Shown here one piece after another: positions 50,671 through 62,762 of a DNA stretch of 64,000 bases (the first letter of the stretch is position 1; every line of letters begins with the position of its first letter). The position numbers and the translations under genes were made by a program. This DNA comes from Sminthopsis crassicaudata (lineage: Eukaryota). The stretch covers positions 79,723,148 to 79,787,147 of the forward strand of contig NC_133621.1 in NCBI RefSeq assembly GCF_048593235.1. Direction: 5' to 3'. The notes beneath the pieces were generated by a model. That model ran no database searches. It was not told where the DNA came from and saw nothing but the letters and a program-made list of their open reading frames with translations.

Positions 50671-53600
50671 TTGCTAATGGTAGAAAAATAGAAATTAGAC
50701 ATTCATCATAGGTTCATAGATCTAGACTTGGAAGGAACCTTTTACTCAAAGGTCATTTACTCAATGTCTTTCATTTTGAAGAGTAACATTGGGGAAGTGA
50801 TTTTCTGATCAGATATATTGTATAGAGTGAGATCTGAACCTTGATTATCTGAATCTGGAGGCAGAGAGATTTCCATTGTACCACGTTAAAGTATATTGTA
50901 TGCATCAAAATACAGAAAATTGGTGACACTTAGGCAATTACATCTTAGTATGAATGAATTTAGGGAATCCTTTCTTTAGAGCATTCATTCCCTGGGGTTT
51001 GTGATCAGGCTCATAGGGAGAATAAAAGGCAGACTGATATAATGGACATCTTCCTGCTTCTAACTAAAACCAAATTCAGTTTTCTTCTTAGAAATTTTGT
51101 TAAATGTCCCATAAACAGTACAGATTTTAAAGTTGCTATCACTGTAATGCAGAATCTTTGCTTTTCAGGAGTTCTATGATAATAGTTAATGGTAGCCTTT
51201 TATAGAAGAAATGGGGTGGCTATGGAAATCTCAAAGGCTACTATTGTCTGAAGTATAAGAGATCTATTCTAACAGCTGCCAAAAATTTATCTGTACTCTT
51301 GGTATACTATCATTACAGCATAGTCCAAAAACAAATATTCAAAATCCAAAGTGCTAGGACATCCTTTCAGGGAACCCTACATCTGTGAGTATTGGATTAA
51401 AGAAATGTAAGGGAGGCATAATGTGAGAAATACTCACAGTCTCTTTTATTTGGTATTGTTCCAGCTTTGGGCAAGTCACATAATTTCCTTGAATTTTAGT
51501 TTCTTCACCCACAAAAATGAAGGCATTGAATTGGATGATTTTTAAAATCCGTTAAGGCTCAGTTCAGAAGGCTTATTCAAAAGCTGGAGAAATATCCCCT
51601 TTTCCCAATATCTCTTTGGTCTATTGCCTATTCATATGCAAATCTACAAGGAGGAAGATCGCTTTCATCATTATCTAGTTATGAAATATATAAAATATCA
51701 AATTTAGAAGAAAACTTAGAAGTCATCTAGCTTAACATTCTCATTTTATCAGGGAGGAAATTGAGAGCCCAAAAAGGATCACATAGTGAGTTCATGGCAG
51801 GCTCAAGATCAAAACCAAATTCTCTAGATTTAATTCTAATTGCAGTATTCATCGAAAAATAGAACTAGGTATCTTTAGTAAAGAGCAAAACTACAAGAAA
51901 AATACCATGTTCTTAAATACTTTAGTGGGGATTAGGGCAGGAGGTTGATTGACTGGTTCATTGAGTTTGGATGTGTACATGCACATTAGCTCTTCTCCCT
52001 TGTTTTCCATGATGGAACAACTAGATACTTCATGTGTCCAGATAAAACAGGAGAGATGGTGTAGAAGACACAAATGGAAACTCCTTGGAGAGTTGCTCAG
52101 CCAAAGTAGTAACACATATGAACTGCTAGAATCTCCTCATTCCATTCAAATGTGACAGAGGCCAGGGACCTGTTATATCTGCCCTCCCCAAATAGATAGA
52201 CTCCTTGAACCAGAGTAGGGAGAGGAGAAGAGGGGATTTGATACTAATGATTGCCTCTGCTCTAGAAATGACTTGTTCAAGTACGCTAATTCTTCTCACC
52301 TTCCTAGTTGACTGATGGCTGCAAAGTTAACAGTGGGTGATACATCTGGGAACACCCTTAAAGTATGGAAGAGTCAAGAAATTCAACTCAATCAGCCAGA
52401 GGTTTCTTTAGTTGTTTTTTTCATTAAATTCAGTGGCAGTTAATCAATTATAAGTGCATTGTCTCCTCTGTATTAAAATCAAATCTAGTCCTCGTCTTCG
52501 ATTAACTTGGCCTCCGTCCTTATCATGAAAAATAATTAAGAAGCCTCAGAAACAAGATCTCTCTTGCCTTTTTGACTTGGAAACCTTCCTGTGCTATGAT
52601 TTTCATTTGGAACTCAATTATTTTCAGAGAGCATTTTGCAATTTTGCATTTTAACTCTGTAAGGGGGAGCCACCCCAATCAAATTTCAGAGGCTGCCCCC
52701 CTCTTGAGTAACAGAAACTTGTCCTAAGAGATAAAGGTAGTTTTTTTTTCTGAATGTCCTCAGGCTTAGAAACATTATCAGATCAAGATTTAGTGCTAGA
52801 ATGGACCTTAGAGGCCAACTCACTCATTTTAAAGATAAAAAACCTGAAGTCTACCCAAGTAACCAAGTATAATCACTCAATTCATAAGTAAAAGAGTTAC
52901 GATTTGTACCTATATCTTCTAATTCCAAATTCAGAGGTTCATTTTTTTTCTCACAACAGCCTCCTGAATCCCCCAAAATAAGAAAAATGGTTCCATTTGT
53001 GAAATTGTTTGCAGTTGACAAATGGTTTTTTCACACAATTGATCTGTGAAGTAGATCCTGAAAGTATGATTATGCCCATTTCATAGATGGAAAACTGAGA
53101 CTGACTCAGTGAGTTACTTGTTCAAAGCTACACAGCTAGTTGGCAGTAAGACTGAAATCTGGGCCTCACATTTCCAAGTCCCACAGGCCTCGACTTGATT
53201 ATTAGTTGGGAGATGGGCCTTCCATCTGGGATGAGAGCTTTGGCATAAAAGTTAGGATACTAAATTGATCTCCCCATACCTGGGAAGGAGAAAACTTCTT
53301 TGAACCCAGGCTTTGCTTGACCTTTACCAATCAATCAGGGGGAAAAAAAACTCATTAAAGCTCTCACCTGTAGAAGGTACTTTCAAAAACTTTATCACAA
53401 TTTTTTTTAGCTTTTTAAAATTCTTGCCACCCTGATATACTCAAAGTAAGTAGGGCAGAGCTTTCTCTGACCTTCTTAACAGAAGCCAGCTGCTGAGTTT
53501 TGTGATCTTCAGTGATGGCATATGCACAGAGATTGAAAGGGAAAGGAAAGGGAGATGACACAAATAAATTTGGAAAACACTTTGAAGTCACCCAGCTGTC

Positions 53601-55157
53601 CCTGTTCCTATTTTTCAATCACCAGATGTACCAGTATCATTATTTTTCCTAGCTCCATGGTAGAAATGATTTGGTATTTGTCCGGTACCAAACAGAGGTT
53701 TATAGGATATCCTTAAGGATTCAGCTACAGCCTAATTTAAACAATCAAGACTGAATAAAATAAAATTCAGTGGACTCACATTTCAGCTGCTTTTGTTGGA
53801 AGGCACTATTTTGAAATTGTGTTCCTAAAATATTAGCTTCTATTGTGTTTACTTCGGAAGCTCCTAGCTCATGCACTACTGAGCCACATAAAAGATGCTG
53901 CAAAAGAGAATAAAGTCATCATCATAGAAAAGATGTAGTATGTGTGATAAAGCAACAGGTAAAAGACAGCCTTTAGAACTGGGCTTTTAGAAGCATTTTG
54001 TCCGACACACTCATTTTAGAGACAAGGAAACTGAGGCTTAGAGAATCTGGGTGATTTGTTCAAAGTGTCACATTAGTAATAAATAGCAGAGTCCACATCT
54101 TCTGACTTTTCTACTGCATTAGCCATGGAAGCAATGAGGATTTACCAGAAGAGTGCTTGAAAGCTGAAGCAAACTCTTGTCTTTGTCTCCAATTACCCAA
54201 GCATCATAATGTCCATTCTTTGCACCCACAATAAGTTATTCAAACTCTCAGGAGGTACACATATATTTTTTGCCCTTAAACAACTCTCTCTGAAAACTAT
54301 CTCTGTCCCACTTCTAATTGGTAATGATCTCAAAGACAATAAAGTACCATGTGTTGAGTTAAACTGACCTAAGCAGCCCATCATCAATAATAATTTATAA
54401 ACAAAAATTGGTGTAAATATATCAACAAGGAAATCTACTGAGGGAAAAAGAAGTAAGAAGAGTTAAGCAAGAGTGAGGAAAAAAATCACTGGATTTTTCA
54501 TTAGAATATCTAGGATTTGAATCCCAATTCTGAGAGCATATAGACCATGGGAACCTCATTTTCTTTCCTTTTTTACCTCAGTTTCCTCATCTGTAAAATT
54601 AGAGGCTTGGACAAGGTGATTTCTCAAAGTCTTTTTTGCTTTACATTCTGAGACAAGAGCTCATCCTGTTTCTTAGAGGAGGGGCTGTAACATTCTTCAG
54701 GAATCTTACCCTCTTTTCTTACCTTCCACAATAGTGGCAGAAGCTTGGGCTATACAAAGGTAGTTCTTGGTTAGAGAGAGGAATTGATGGGACAGGTTGA
54801 AGGAAAGAGGTGCTGACAGCTTTATTCACATAACAGCACAGCAGGATTTGGAATTAATATACTCAGCAAACAGTTCAGAGAAACAGAGTGTGACAGGTGA
54901 AAGTTTTCTTAGAGATGTAACTACTTCTTTCCTTCAGGTGACCTATCCAAGGTTGTACAGATGCTTTTTCAGTAGAAGCCAAGAACTCAATGCATATTAT
55001 TCGAATTATTTGGAACATCCATGACTGTTGAATATTTTCCTTACTTCTTTTTGAGTACATTTTAAATGTATGATTTTTGAAAATTAAGTACCATCAAATT
55101 TTACTAATTTATACTCATTGGAAGACTACTCTGAATAAATAAAAACATTGAGTTCTT

Positions 55158-55463
55158 TTTTAAAATGAAGTTTTTTTTATTTTCAAAACATATGCATGGA
55201 TAATTTGACATTGACTCTTGCATAGCCTTGTATTTCAGATTTTCTCTTCATCTCCCCCACCCCCTCCCCTAGATGGCAAGCAATCCAATGTATGTTATAC
55301 ATTTTAAAATATATGTTAAATCCAATATGTATAAACATATTAATACAATTTTCTTGTTGCACAAGAGAAATCAGATCAAAATAAGAACATAAATGAGTAA
55401 GAAAACAAAATGCAAGTGAACAACAACAACAAGAGTGAGAATTTTATGTTGTGATCCACATTT
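55158..55463 (-). mobile_element. 5'-truncated L1 3' UTR (older subfamily)
   Basis: Degenerate TSD aaaacattgagttctt (55142) / aaaactttgaattctt (55464), 14/16; similar to fragments at 16455 and 62355. Confidence 0.7.
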
Positions 55464-56369
55464 AAAACTTTGAATTCTTGAATGGAAAGAAGTTGAAATT
55501 TAATATATTCAAATATAAACAAGGCTAGCTAAGTGCATCTTTGTAGGAGTAATCTGGGTGTATACATTAATTAGTAGATAAAAAATAGATGTTTGAAAAG
55601 TTTGTTTTCACAAGTAGCTGAGTTGTGTTCTCTGCTATATTTTTATGTTTGTAGGTCACATCTTTCTTAGAAGAAAAGAGGGGGACTCTCAAGTCCAGCC
55701 TGATGTCTGGATTATCATAAACACTAAACTATAGAATCTATAATGAGTCTCCAGCTAGTTCATACAATGATTGTGTTGGTCCTAGAGGTACACTTGGAGG
55801 ATGTTCAAAGTCCTTTGTCTTTTCCAGCTCTCCCTCTCAACCATATGTGTCTCCTGTTATTTATTTGGGTTCCTGGCAGGAAAGAAACCTTTAAGTCTAT
55901 AAGATCTATTTCCTCTCTTAAAACCTCAATCAACAACATATTCTCTGCTTCCTAATTCCCCTGCCCCTCTTTCTTATCTTCTCCCAATCTGCAACTATGG
56001 GAAGTCTCAGTAACCAGAAGGACTGGTTAAATCCTAGAGATAGGATTTATGATTTCCTTAGTACCAGGAATTCTGAGGTGAAGAAATTCCATCAAATTAA
56101 ATTAAGGCAGCATCATTTCTGCAACACGGTCTTAAAGAGTTTTCTTGAGACTTGAGAAGTTAATTGACTTGCCCATGGTCATGTACCCAGAATGCATCCA
56201 AGGAAGAGCTTGAATCCAAGTCCCCTGTCTTCAAGAGCAGCTCTCTACCCACTACACAACACTGCCTCTCAGTGGCAAACAGTAATAAATGGAAGGATTT
56301 CTGGATAAAAATAGTAATAACAATTTATAAAAATCCATTATTTGTTCAGCAAAATCTAAGCACAAATGG

Positions 56370-56600
56370 ATAGAGGTCTGGAAGTCAGGAAATCTCATTT
56401 TAGATCCAGTCTAAGATACTAGCTGTGTGACTTTGGTTAAGCCAACCTCTTTTGCCTCAGTTTCCTCATCTGTAAAAGAGGGATTATAACAGTAGCTACC
56501 TCCGAAGATTATTGTAGGAATCTAACAATAATAATTGTAAAACACTTAGTACAATGCCTGGCACATAATAAGTACAATATAAATATCAGCCATTATTATT
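56370..56600 (+). mobile_element. MIR-family CORE-SINE (representative; many further MIR fragments, e.g. 34190-34380, 39170-39390, 49730-49950)
   Basis: ctagctgtgtgactttgg..gcctcagtttcctcatctgtaaaa core and cttagtacaatgcctggcacataataag tail. Confidence 0.8.
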
Positions 56601-56952
56601 TTCATTATATCATCATCATCATTATCATGGTTATGATTATTGTCATAATTAAGCCAATGCAGAACCTACTTACCAAATATAGTTATTCATGAATAATTCT
56701 CATATCCCTAGTAAATCCTGGGTTCTTTTATTCTATTATTACCCATTTCTGAAATCATGGGCAAGCCACTTTTACTTGCTTTCAAAAAGACTTGTATTTA
56801 TTACTACTCATTTCCATCACCTCAGAAGTTTAAAACCTATAGAAGCTTCTCAAATTTTATTTAGGTTTTCTGCCTTCATTTTTTCTTCCTCTGCCCTGCC
56901 CTTTTGCCTTTTCCCTCTCCATAGAGGTTCTACTTCAAGATTTTTCTTCCTC

Positions 56953-57323
56953 AGTGGATATCTTCAACATAAAGAAGATCCAACTCACTTCCAGTTGATC
57001 AGTGATGGACAGAAATAACTACACCCAGAGAAGGAACACTGGGAAGCGAATGTAAATTGTTAGCACTACTGTCTATCTACCCAGGTTACTTATACCTTCA
57101 GAATCTAATACTTAATGTGCAACAAGAAAGTGGTATTTACACACATATATTGTATCTAGGTTTTATTGTAACACATGTAAAATGTATGGGATTGTCTGTC
57201 ATTGGGGGGGACGGAGTGGAGGGAGGGAGGGGATAATTTGGATAAATGAATACAAGGGATAATATTATAAAAAAATTACTCATGCATATATACTGTGGGA
57301 AAAAAATTCTAAATTAAAAAAAA
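56953..57323 (+). mobile_element. 5'-truncated young L1 (3' UTR plus polyA), sense to DIP2C
   Basis: Perfect 16-bp TSD AAGATTTTTCTTCCTC at 56937-56952 and 57324-57339; G-rich tract before the A tail; TTC/AAGA endonuclease-like site. Confidence 0.85.
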
Positions 57324-57744
57324 AAGATTTTTCTTCCTCTTCCTCCTTCTTTTTCTCTTTCTATGTAAGTAAATACATACTCCTGTTTTCTTCTATGCCT
57401 TCTAGTAGTTTTGTAACCCCTAAAGCTCTTCTCAATCTCGTATTATGAATAATCTCAAAGTTTAAGTACTTCACTGGAAGGAAGAAGTTGTGACAATTGA
57501 TTATGTTTGGATCGACACTTAGAATAACTCAGGGTTATGTCTGCTCATTGTTTAATGATGTTGTTGAATCTCTTTCCTCCCCATAAAACTGGGATTCCTT
57601 TTTGTGTCAACAGAAAAGAAAGCTATGGTATCCTTCTCAGAATGATGCTTTTTAGTACACAAAACAAAATGTATAGGAAAATGTCCAAAGAAAGCCTATA
57701 TTACTCATAGTATATGTAGGAATATATGTATACACACACACATA

Positions 57745-58000
57745 TTGTTGTTATTCTTTCATTTCAGCCATGTCTAATTCCTCAGACCCCATCTGAGTTT
57801 GTTTTGAACAAAGATACTCGAATGGTTTGCCATATTCTTCTCGAGCTCACTTGATATAGAAAAGGAGGCAGATAAATTGGATTAAGTGAATAGCCCAGTG
57901 TTACACAGCTAGTATCTGAGGCTCGATTTGAACTCAGGAAGAGGAATCTTCCTGACTCCAGGCTTGGCACTCTGACCATTAAACTACACAGGCGCCATAC
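57745..58000 (-). mobile_element. MAR1-type marsupial CORE-SINE
   Basis: gttgttattc..gaccccatctgagtttg..caaagatactcgaatggtttgccatattcttc..ttgaactcaggaagaggaatcttcctgactccagg. Confidence 0.75.
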
Positions 58001-58313
58001 ACACAATGTAAATCAAATTATGTATTATATATAATCATATGTGTATATATATACACACATACATGTATATATTTACAAGTTCATGGACCTCAGATTAAGA
58101 ATCTCCTATTATAAAATGATACTTGTAACGATTTGAGATTCCTCTATTAGAGTTCATTATAAGCTATCCACTCTTTGTCCGTTGACATCATGAGTTGCCA
58201 TGGCCAGAACATTTCACCACAATGTTGCCATTCTTCTTGTAAAGAGCCTCTCTCCCCAACTTGGAAGATCTTCAACTGCCAGTGCAAATCTAGGTTCATC
58301 CTCAAAACCCTTT

Positions 58314-58646
58314 TGTGAAGACCCAGTTAGTTCCCTGGATACTTTAGGATCAGCCAGAGTCAGGATAAGCAAAAGTCCTTGGTTTTTATTCTTGGTCGAA
58401 ATGAGAGGAATGGACACAGGAATCTCCACACCTCCTTTCTCTTTCCACAGCCAAAAGGTAACTCCTGCTTGTCTTATTCCACTCTCCAATGCCTCTTATA
58501 ATTCTCTGTATACACCAAGCCGGCACAGTATAGTGGGCAGGGCCATTCTCCAAGCATATGGTAATAGAGTATTGTCCAATTGGTAATTAGCCTTAAGTGC
58601 TTGGTTATCCAACCATAGTGCATCAACTCAGTTTCAGCCCTTTACA
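58314..58646 (-). mobile_element. Solo LTR (333 bp) of an endogenous retrovirus, antisense to DIP2C
   Basis: Minus strand starts TGTAAAGGG and ends GGTCTTCACA; AATAAA (plus-strand tttatt 58385-58390) ~70 nt from the 3' end; flanks cccttt / tccttt fit a 6-bp TSD with one mismatch. Confidence 0.75.
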
Positions 58647-59733
58647 TCCTTTCATAAACCCTGCCAGAGCTTATATTGTACTCAGACAGATTTAAAGAAA
58701 CTACTATCTCTCCATATCCCTGAGAGGCATCTAAGCTAGACATTTCAGGGGTATTAAATGGAGCATTTCCAAGGAAAGAGAGGTATACCTGTAATTGATT
58801 GTGTAGTGATTGATTCTGTCTGTATATATTGTCTCTTGTGTTTCTTTTTGGGTGAACAATCCACCAGGGAAAACATTTTATAACATATTACTCAGTGGCA
58901 TGCTGTATAGTCTATCCAACTCATCTGGAGCAATACAAACCAATACAAAGCAATACAAACCTGGAGCCTTAGAAAGTAATTTCAAAAAGTTTTTCTTGTG
59001 GGACAAGAAGTGAAGGTTACTATCTAGCAAAGACACATATGTAATTTTCTACAATTGTCACTTGAGACTGTTTTAAATTTTTTTTACATTTTGACAAATC
59101 TTGAAGTTAAACATCACTCAAAAAAGAAAATTTCCATATATATAGCAAATCACAAAAAGATTTTATATGAAGCTGTGACTTTCCATTCATACTATTTAAA
59201 AAAAAACAAGAACATACTAAATTCTCTACATTTATTTCAAAACTGTCTTGCTTATCTGTGCTTCCTTCTGAACTTACTTTTATTCTCTTATCTGCATTTT
59301 TAAAATGTTACAATGGCTCTCTTTATTTTTTTTAAAAACCACAATTCCCTTCCTCTTTTACTTCTTCTTAATTATGTATCAAAAAGGGAGATGGAGAAAA
59401 GTTGTTACAAATAAATATAGTCTAACAAAATGAAGCCACAGAGTGGCCATGTCTAAAAATGTAAATCTAAAAATGGACTTTGTATCTATCACTCTCTGTC
59501 AGGAGGTGGGTTAATGTGCCTCAAGTTAGGTACCCTAGTTAAGGCAGTCCTATATTGTTCTGACAATTCATGAGATTAACTCTGAAGTTTTACTAATTTT
59601 TTATACTCAACAACTAGATTTATCTTAAACTGAGAAACATAATGGATCATCCTTAGAGCTGGAAAGATCTGAGTTTGAGTGCTGTGTCTAGCTTTGTTTC
59701 TTGGTCAGCCACTTAACTTCCCATGTTCTAGAG

Positions 59734-59963
59734 CAGGGGTCCTCAATCTACGGCCCACGGGCCAGATGAGGCCTGCTGAGGATGTGTATGCGGCCTGCCG
59801 GGTTAATGGCAAAATCAGACCAGAAGTGACGTTCAACCTAAACTCACATTAGCAATGTACACTTCCAGCACTGGCCTGAGGTGGCGGAGATAGAGTGTGA
59901 GGTACTCCAACAGTCTGAGGGATAGTGAAGTGGCCCCCTATTTAAAAAGTTTGAGGACCACTG
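59734..59963. mobile_element. Non-autonomous hAT MITE of OposCharlie1 (OC1 / hAT2-like) type, 230 bp
   Basis: TIRs CAGGGGTCCTCAATCT / CAGTGGTCCTCAAACT (14/16); perfect 8-bp TSD TTCTAGAG at 59726-59733 and 59964-59971; end sequence ..CAGTCTGAGGGATAGTGAAGTGGCCCCCTATTTAAAAAGTTTGAGGACCACTG recalled as OC1-like. Confidence 0.85.
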
Positions 59964-60149
59964 TTCTAGAGCCTAGCTTCTTAAATTATAGTCTGCCACC
60001 AATGTAGAGAATTGTAACAATGCAGGAGTCACAAAATTATGATTTATCAACAAGTATTTGATATGTATATCTATTTTATATACCTATATACTCAGGATCA
60101 TGTAAAAATTTCTTGAGAGAAAAGGGGTTGTGAGTCGACAGAGTTTTAG

Positions 60150-60272
60150 AAGCCCTGTTCTAGACAATCTTATAAGACTTTGAGTTACAGAGAAGGCACT
60201 AACTTACATTTGTAGAGGGAGTTTTCTCACCAGGAGCTCCGTATATCAGTGAAATAACAGGTCTAACCCCTG
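60150..60272 (+). mobile_element. MdoRep1-like marsupial repeat
   Basis: gttctagacaatcttataagactttgagttacagagaagg..tgtagagggagttttctcaccaggagctcc..cagtgaaataacaggtct. Confidence 0.55.
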
Positions 60273-60558
60273 TTGGTGTTCCTAACTTCTTTTTAGCTCT
60301 GTTCTCTTTAGGTATCTCCTTGTAGCTCCTTTCCTATTGTACCAACAACTTTCTGTGTTGAAAAGTCTTATATCATCTTTGGTCTAGGATAATGCTCGTC
60401 TGACCTGTTCAAAAGCAAAAGAAAAGATACCTGTATATTTCTGAATAATAACAGCAGCTTCTTTTCTCAGGATGTGGTCCTTACTTGGTGATCTAAATAA
60501 CTTCATTAACCAAGATCATTAAAAAAAAACCCTAATAATTCATTATTTTTTTTCACAG

Positions 60559-60693
60559 AAAATCATTCCGCACCTCCCGATGTTACCACTTACACCTCAG
60601 AACACTCAATACAAGTTGAAAGACCTCAAGGATCGACATCATCACGAACAGCACCAAAGTATGGAAATGCTGAACTCATGGAGACTGGGGATG
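60559..60693 (+). CDS. DIP2C: DIP2C exon 6 (135 nt): (E)NHSAPPDVTTYTSEHSIQVERPQGSTSSRTAPKYGNAELMETGD
   Basis: Acceptor ttattttttttcacAG at 60557-60558, donor ATG|GTATGT at 60694; in frame with exon 5. Confidence 0.96.
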
Positions 60694-62354
60694 GTATGTC
60701 TTGTAGCCTTGTCCCCTTTTCTCTTTTTCTTCCTCTCCTTTTGAGTTCTGATTTGCATTAGCCCATCTTTCCACTCCCATAATTTGTGTGCTATAGACAT
60801 CTGTTCCTTGTTTCTTCTGGCCGTATTTCACTCAGAAATGCATCCACAGCCCAGTTTGCAGGATCTTTTTGAATCCCTCCAATAAGGTGGCATATGGAAA
60901 GCAAATGACAAGCTCCAAGAAGTGTTCATCAATGAGATATGATTTCTTGAGGGGGTGGGGTGGAATTTGAGCAAATTTCATTATGAATAGAAGAACACTC
61001 CGAAGACATTGATGTTTTCCCAGATGTGTAACCAGGATAGAGGCAGAGATTAGAACACATGGACTAAGATGACAACCAGAAACGTTATGGTGAAGTTAAG
61101 TGGAAAACAAGAGTAGAAGGGCACTTGAAAAGAAGGTATTTCAGGTTCAGAAAGAGAGAAAAGTATGCCACAAAAATCTTGTGGTGAAAGAAAAGACTAC
61201 TTAAGTGCTGCAGCATTTACACAACTTTGTTCTTGGGATGTTGTTAGGTGAGGGGCCTTTTATAATTGAGAATAGTATGCAGTAGAGAGTATTCGGGCCC
61301 CAGCATCATATGGATCAAATGCTTGAGTTTATTCTTCCACTTCCTCAAACTCTGGCCCTTTCAGATTACACTTGGGTACAATTAATAAAGAAAGGATTTA
61401 ATTTCCAACATGAATGTCACATAAAATTTGGACAAAATTTAGACTTTTTTCAACACACTGACCTAAGGCCTATGTAGTGTGGTGAGAAATTAACTAATAT
61501 TAATCATTCTAATCCTTTCTGCTTTTTAAAACTAGTTACCTTTTTACAAGTTACTTAAGCTACCCAATTCTTATTTCCCTTCTTGGTAAGATGTAGAGAA
61601 TAACTCTTGGGGTAACATAAGAATAAAATGATAAAGTATTTGGGAAAACAAATTGGGAAAGTAATTAAGTATTTGGAAAAAATAGGAGTATAAATTTATC
61701 AAATTTGGGACTACTTGAGTTATATTTTCTTTTGCAGGTGACAGGATTGAAAATAACCCCACTAAATGTGGGAACCAAAGGCATGAATTTTAAGCTGCTA
61801 ATAGTGATATCAGAGAGTAATGAAGGGAACCAATGGCATTGGGCTCTTCTGTCTTTTAAGAGAATTTATTACATGGCATGGTGAATTTTTTTTGTGATTA
61901 AACAGATGGATGAATAAACATCAGTCCCTGTTGTGACCAATGACATGTTTTTCTATGGGAGCTAAGCATGCCAAAAAGGCTGTAAAATTAAAATTATAAA
62001 GAAAAAAATTGGCATAAATTCATTGTTTAAATATTTCTGTGCCAAATTGGTTAAGTACATTGCAATAATTCATTATTGAATAGAAACATCTTAGTAGGAA
62101 GACAAGTATCACCTGAATTGGGTTAAAAATAGTTACCTAATTAATGGGTATGTGTGTATTAATATCTGTGAAACTATACTACATGTTGATAAGGAAACCT
62201 GGTTCAATAATAGCACTGATTTTGGATTTGAAGAAACTGAGTTCAGATCTTGGCTCTCCTTCATGAGTCGCATGGCCTTGGACAAGCCAATTTGATTTTC
62301 TGAAAAGGTTTTGACTAGATCAGCAGTGAGCCATGAACTTAAACATTTTTTCAT

Positions 62355-62762
62355 ATTTCTTTTTTATTTTATTTTTATGATAGTTTTTTTATTTTTCAAA
62401 ATACATGCAAAGATAGTTTTTAACATTCACCCTTGCAAAACCTTGTGTTCCATATTTTTCTCCCTCCTTCTCCTAGACAGTAAGTAATCCAATATAGGTT
62501 AAATATGTGCAATTCTTCTAAACATATTTCCACATTTATCAAGCTGCACAAGAGAAAAAACAAGCAAACAACAACAAAAAAGGTGAAAATACTATGTTGT
62601 GATCCATAATCTGTCCCTATACTACTCTCTCTGGATGTAGCTGAATCTGTCCATCATAAGTTTATTGGAATTGGTCTGAATTATCTCATTGTTGAAAAGA
62701 GCCAAGTCCATCACGGTTGATCATCACATAATCTTGTTGTTGCTGTGTAGGATGTTCTTTTG
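62355..62762 (-). mobile_element. L1 3' UTR fragment
   Basis: T-rich tail then ttcaaaatacatgcaaagatagtttttaacattcacccttgc..ggtgaaaatactatgttgtgatcca..; same family as 55158. Confidence 0.75.

Noticed and set aside
51891-54387. Several 60-75 aa ORFs in intron 5 (51891, 51949, 53415, 54193)
   Set aside because: No recognisable domain, no consistent splice signals; lengths within chance expectation
58200-58586. Overlapping 128-aa and 91-aa ORFs
   Set aside because: Mostly within the solo LTR; no gag/pol/env similarity
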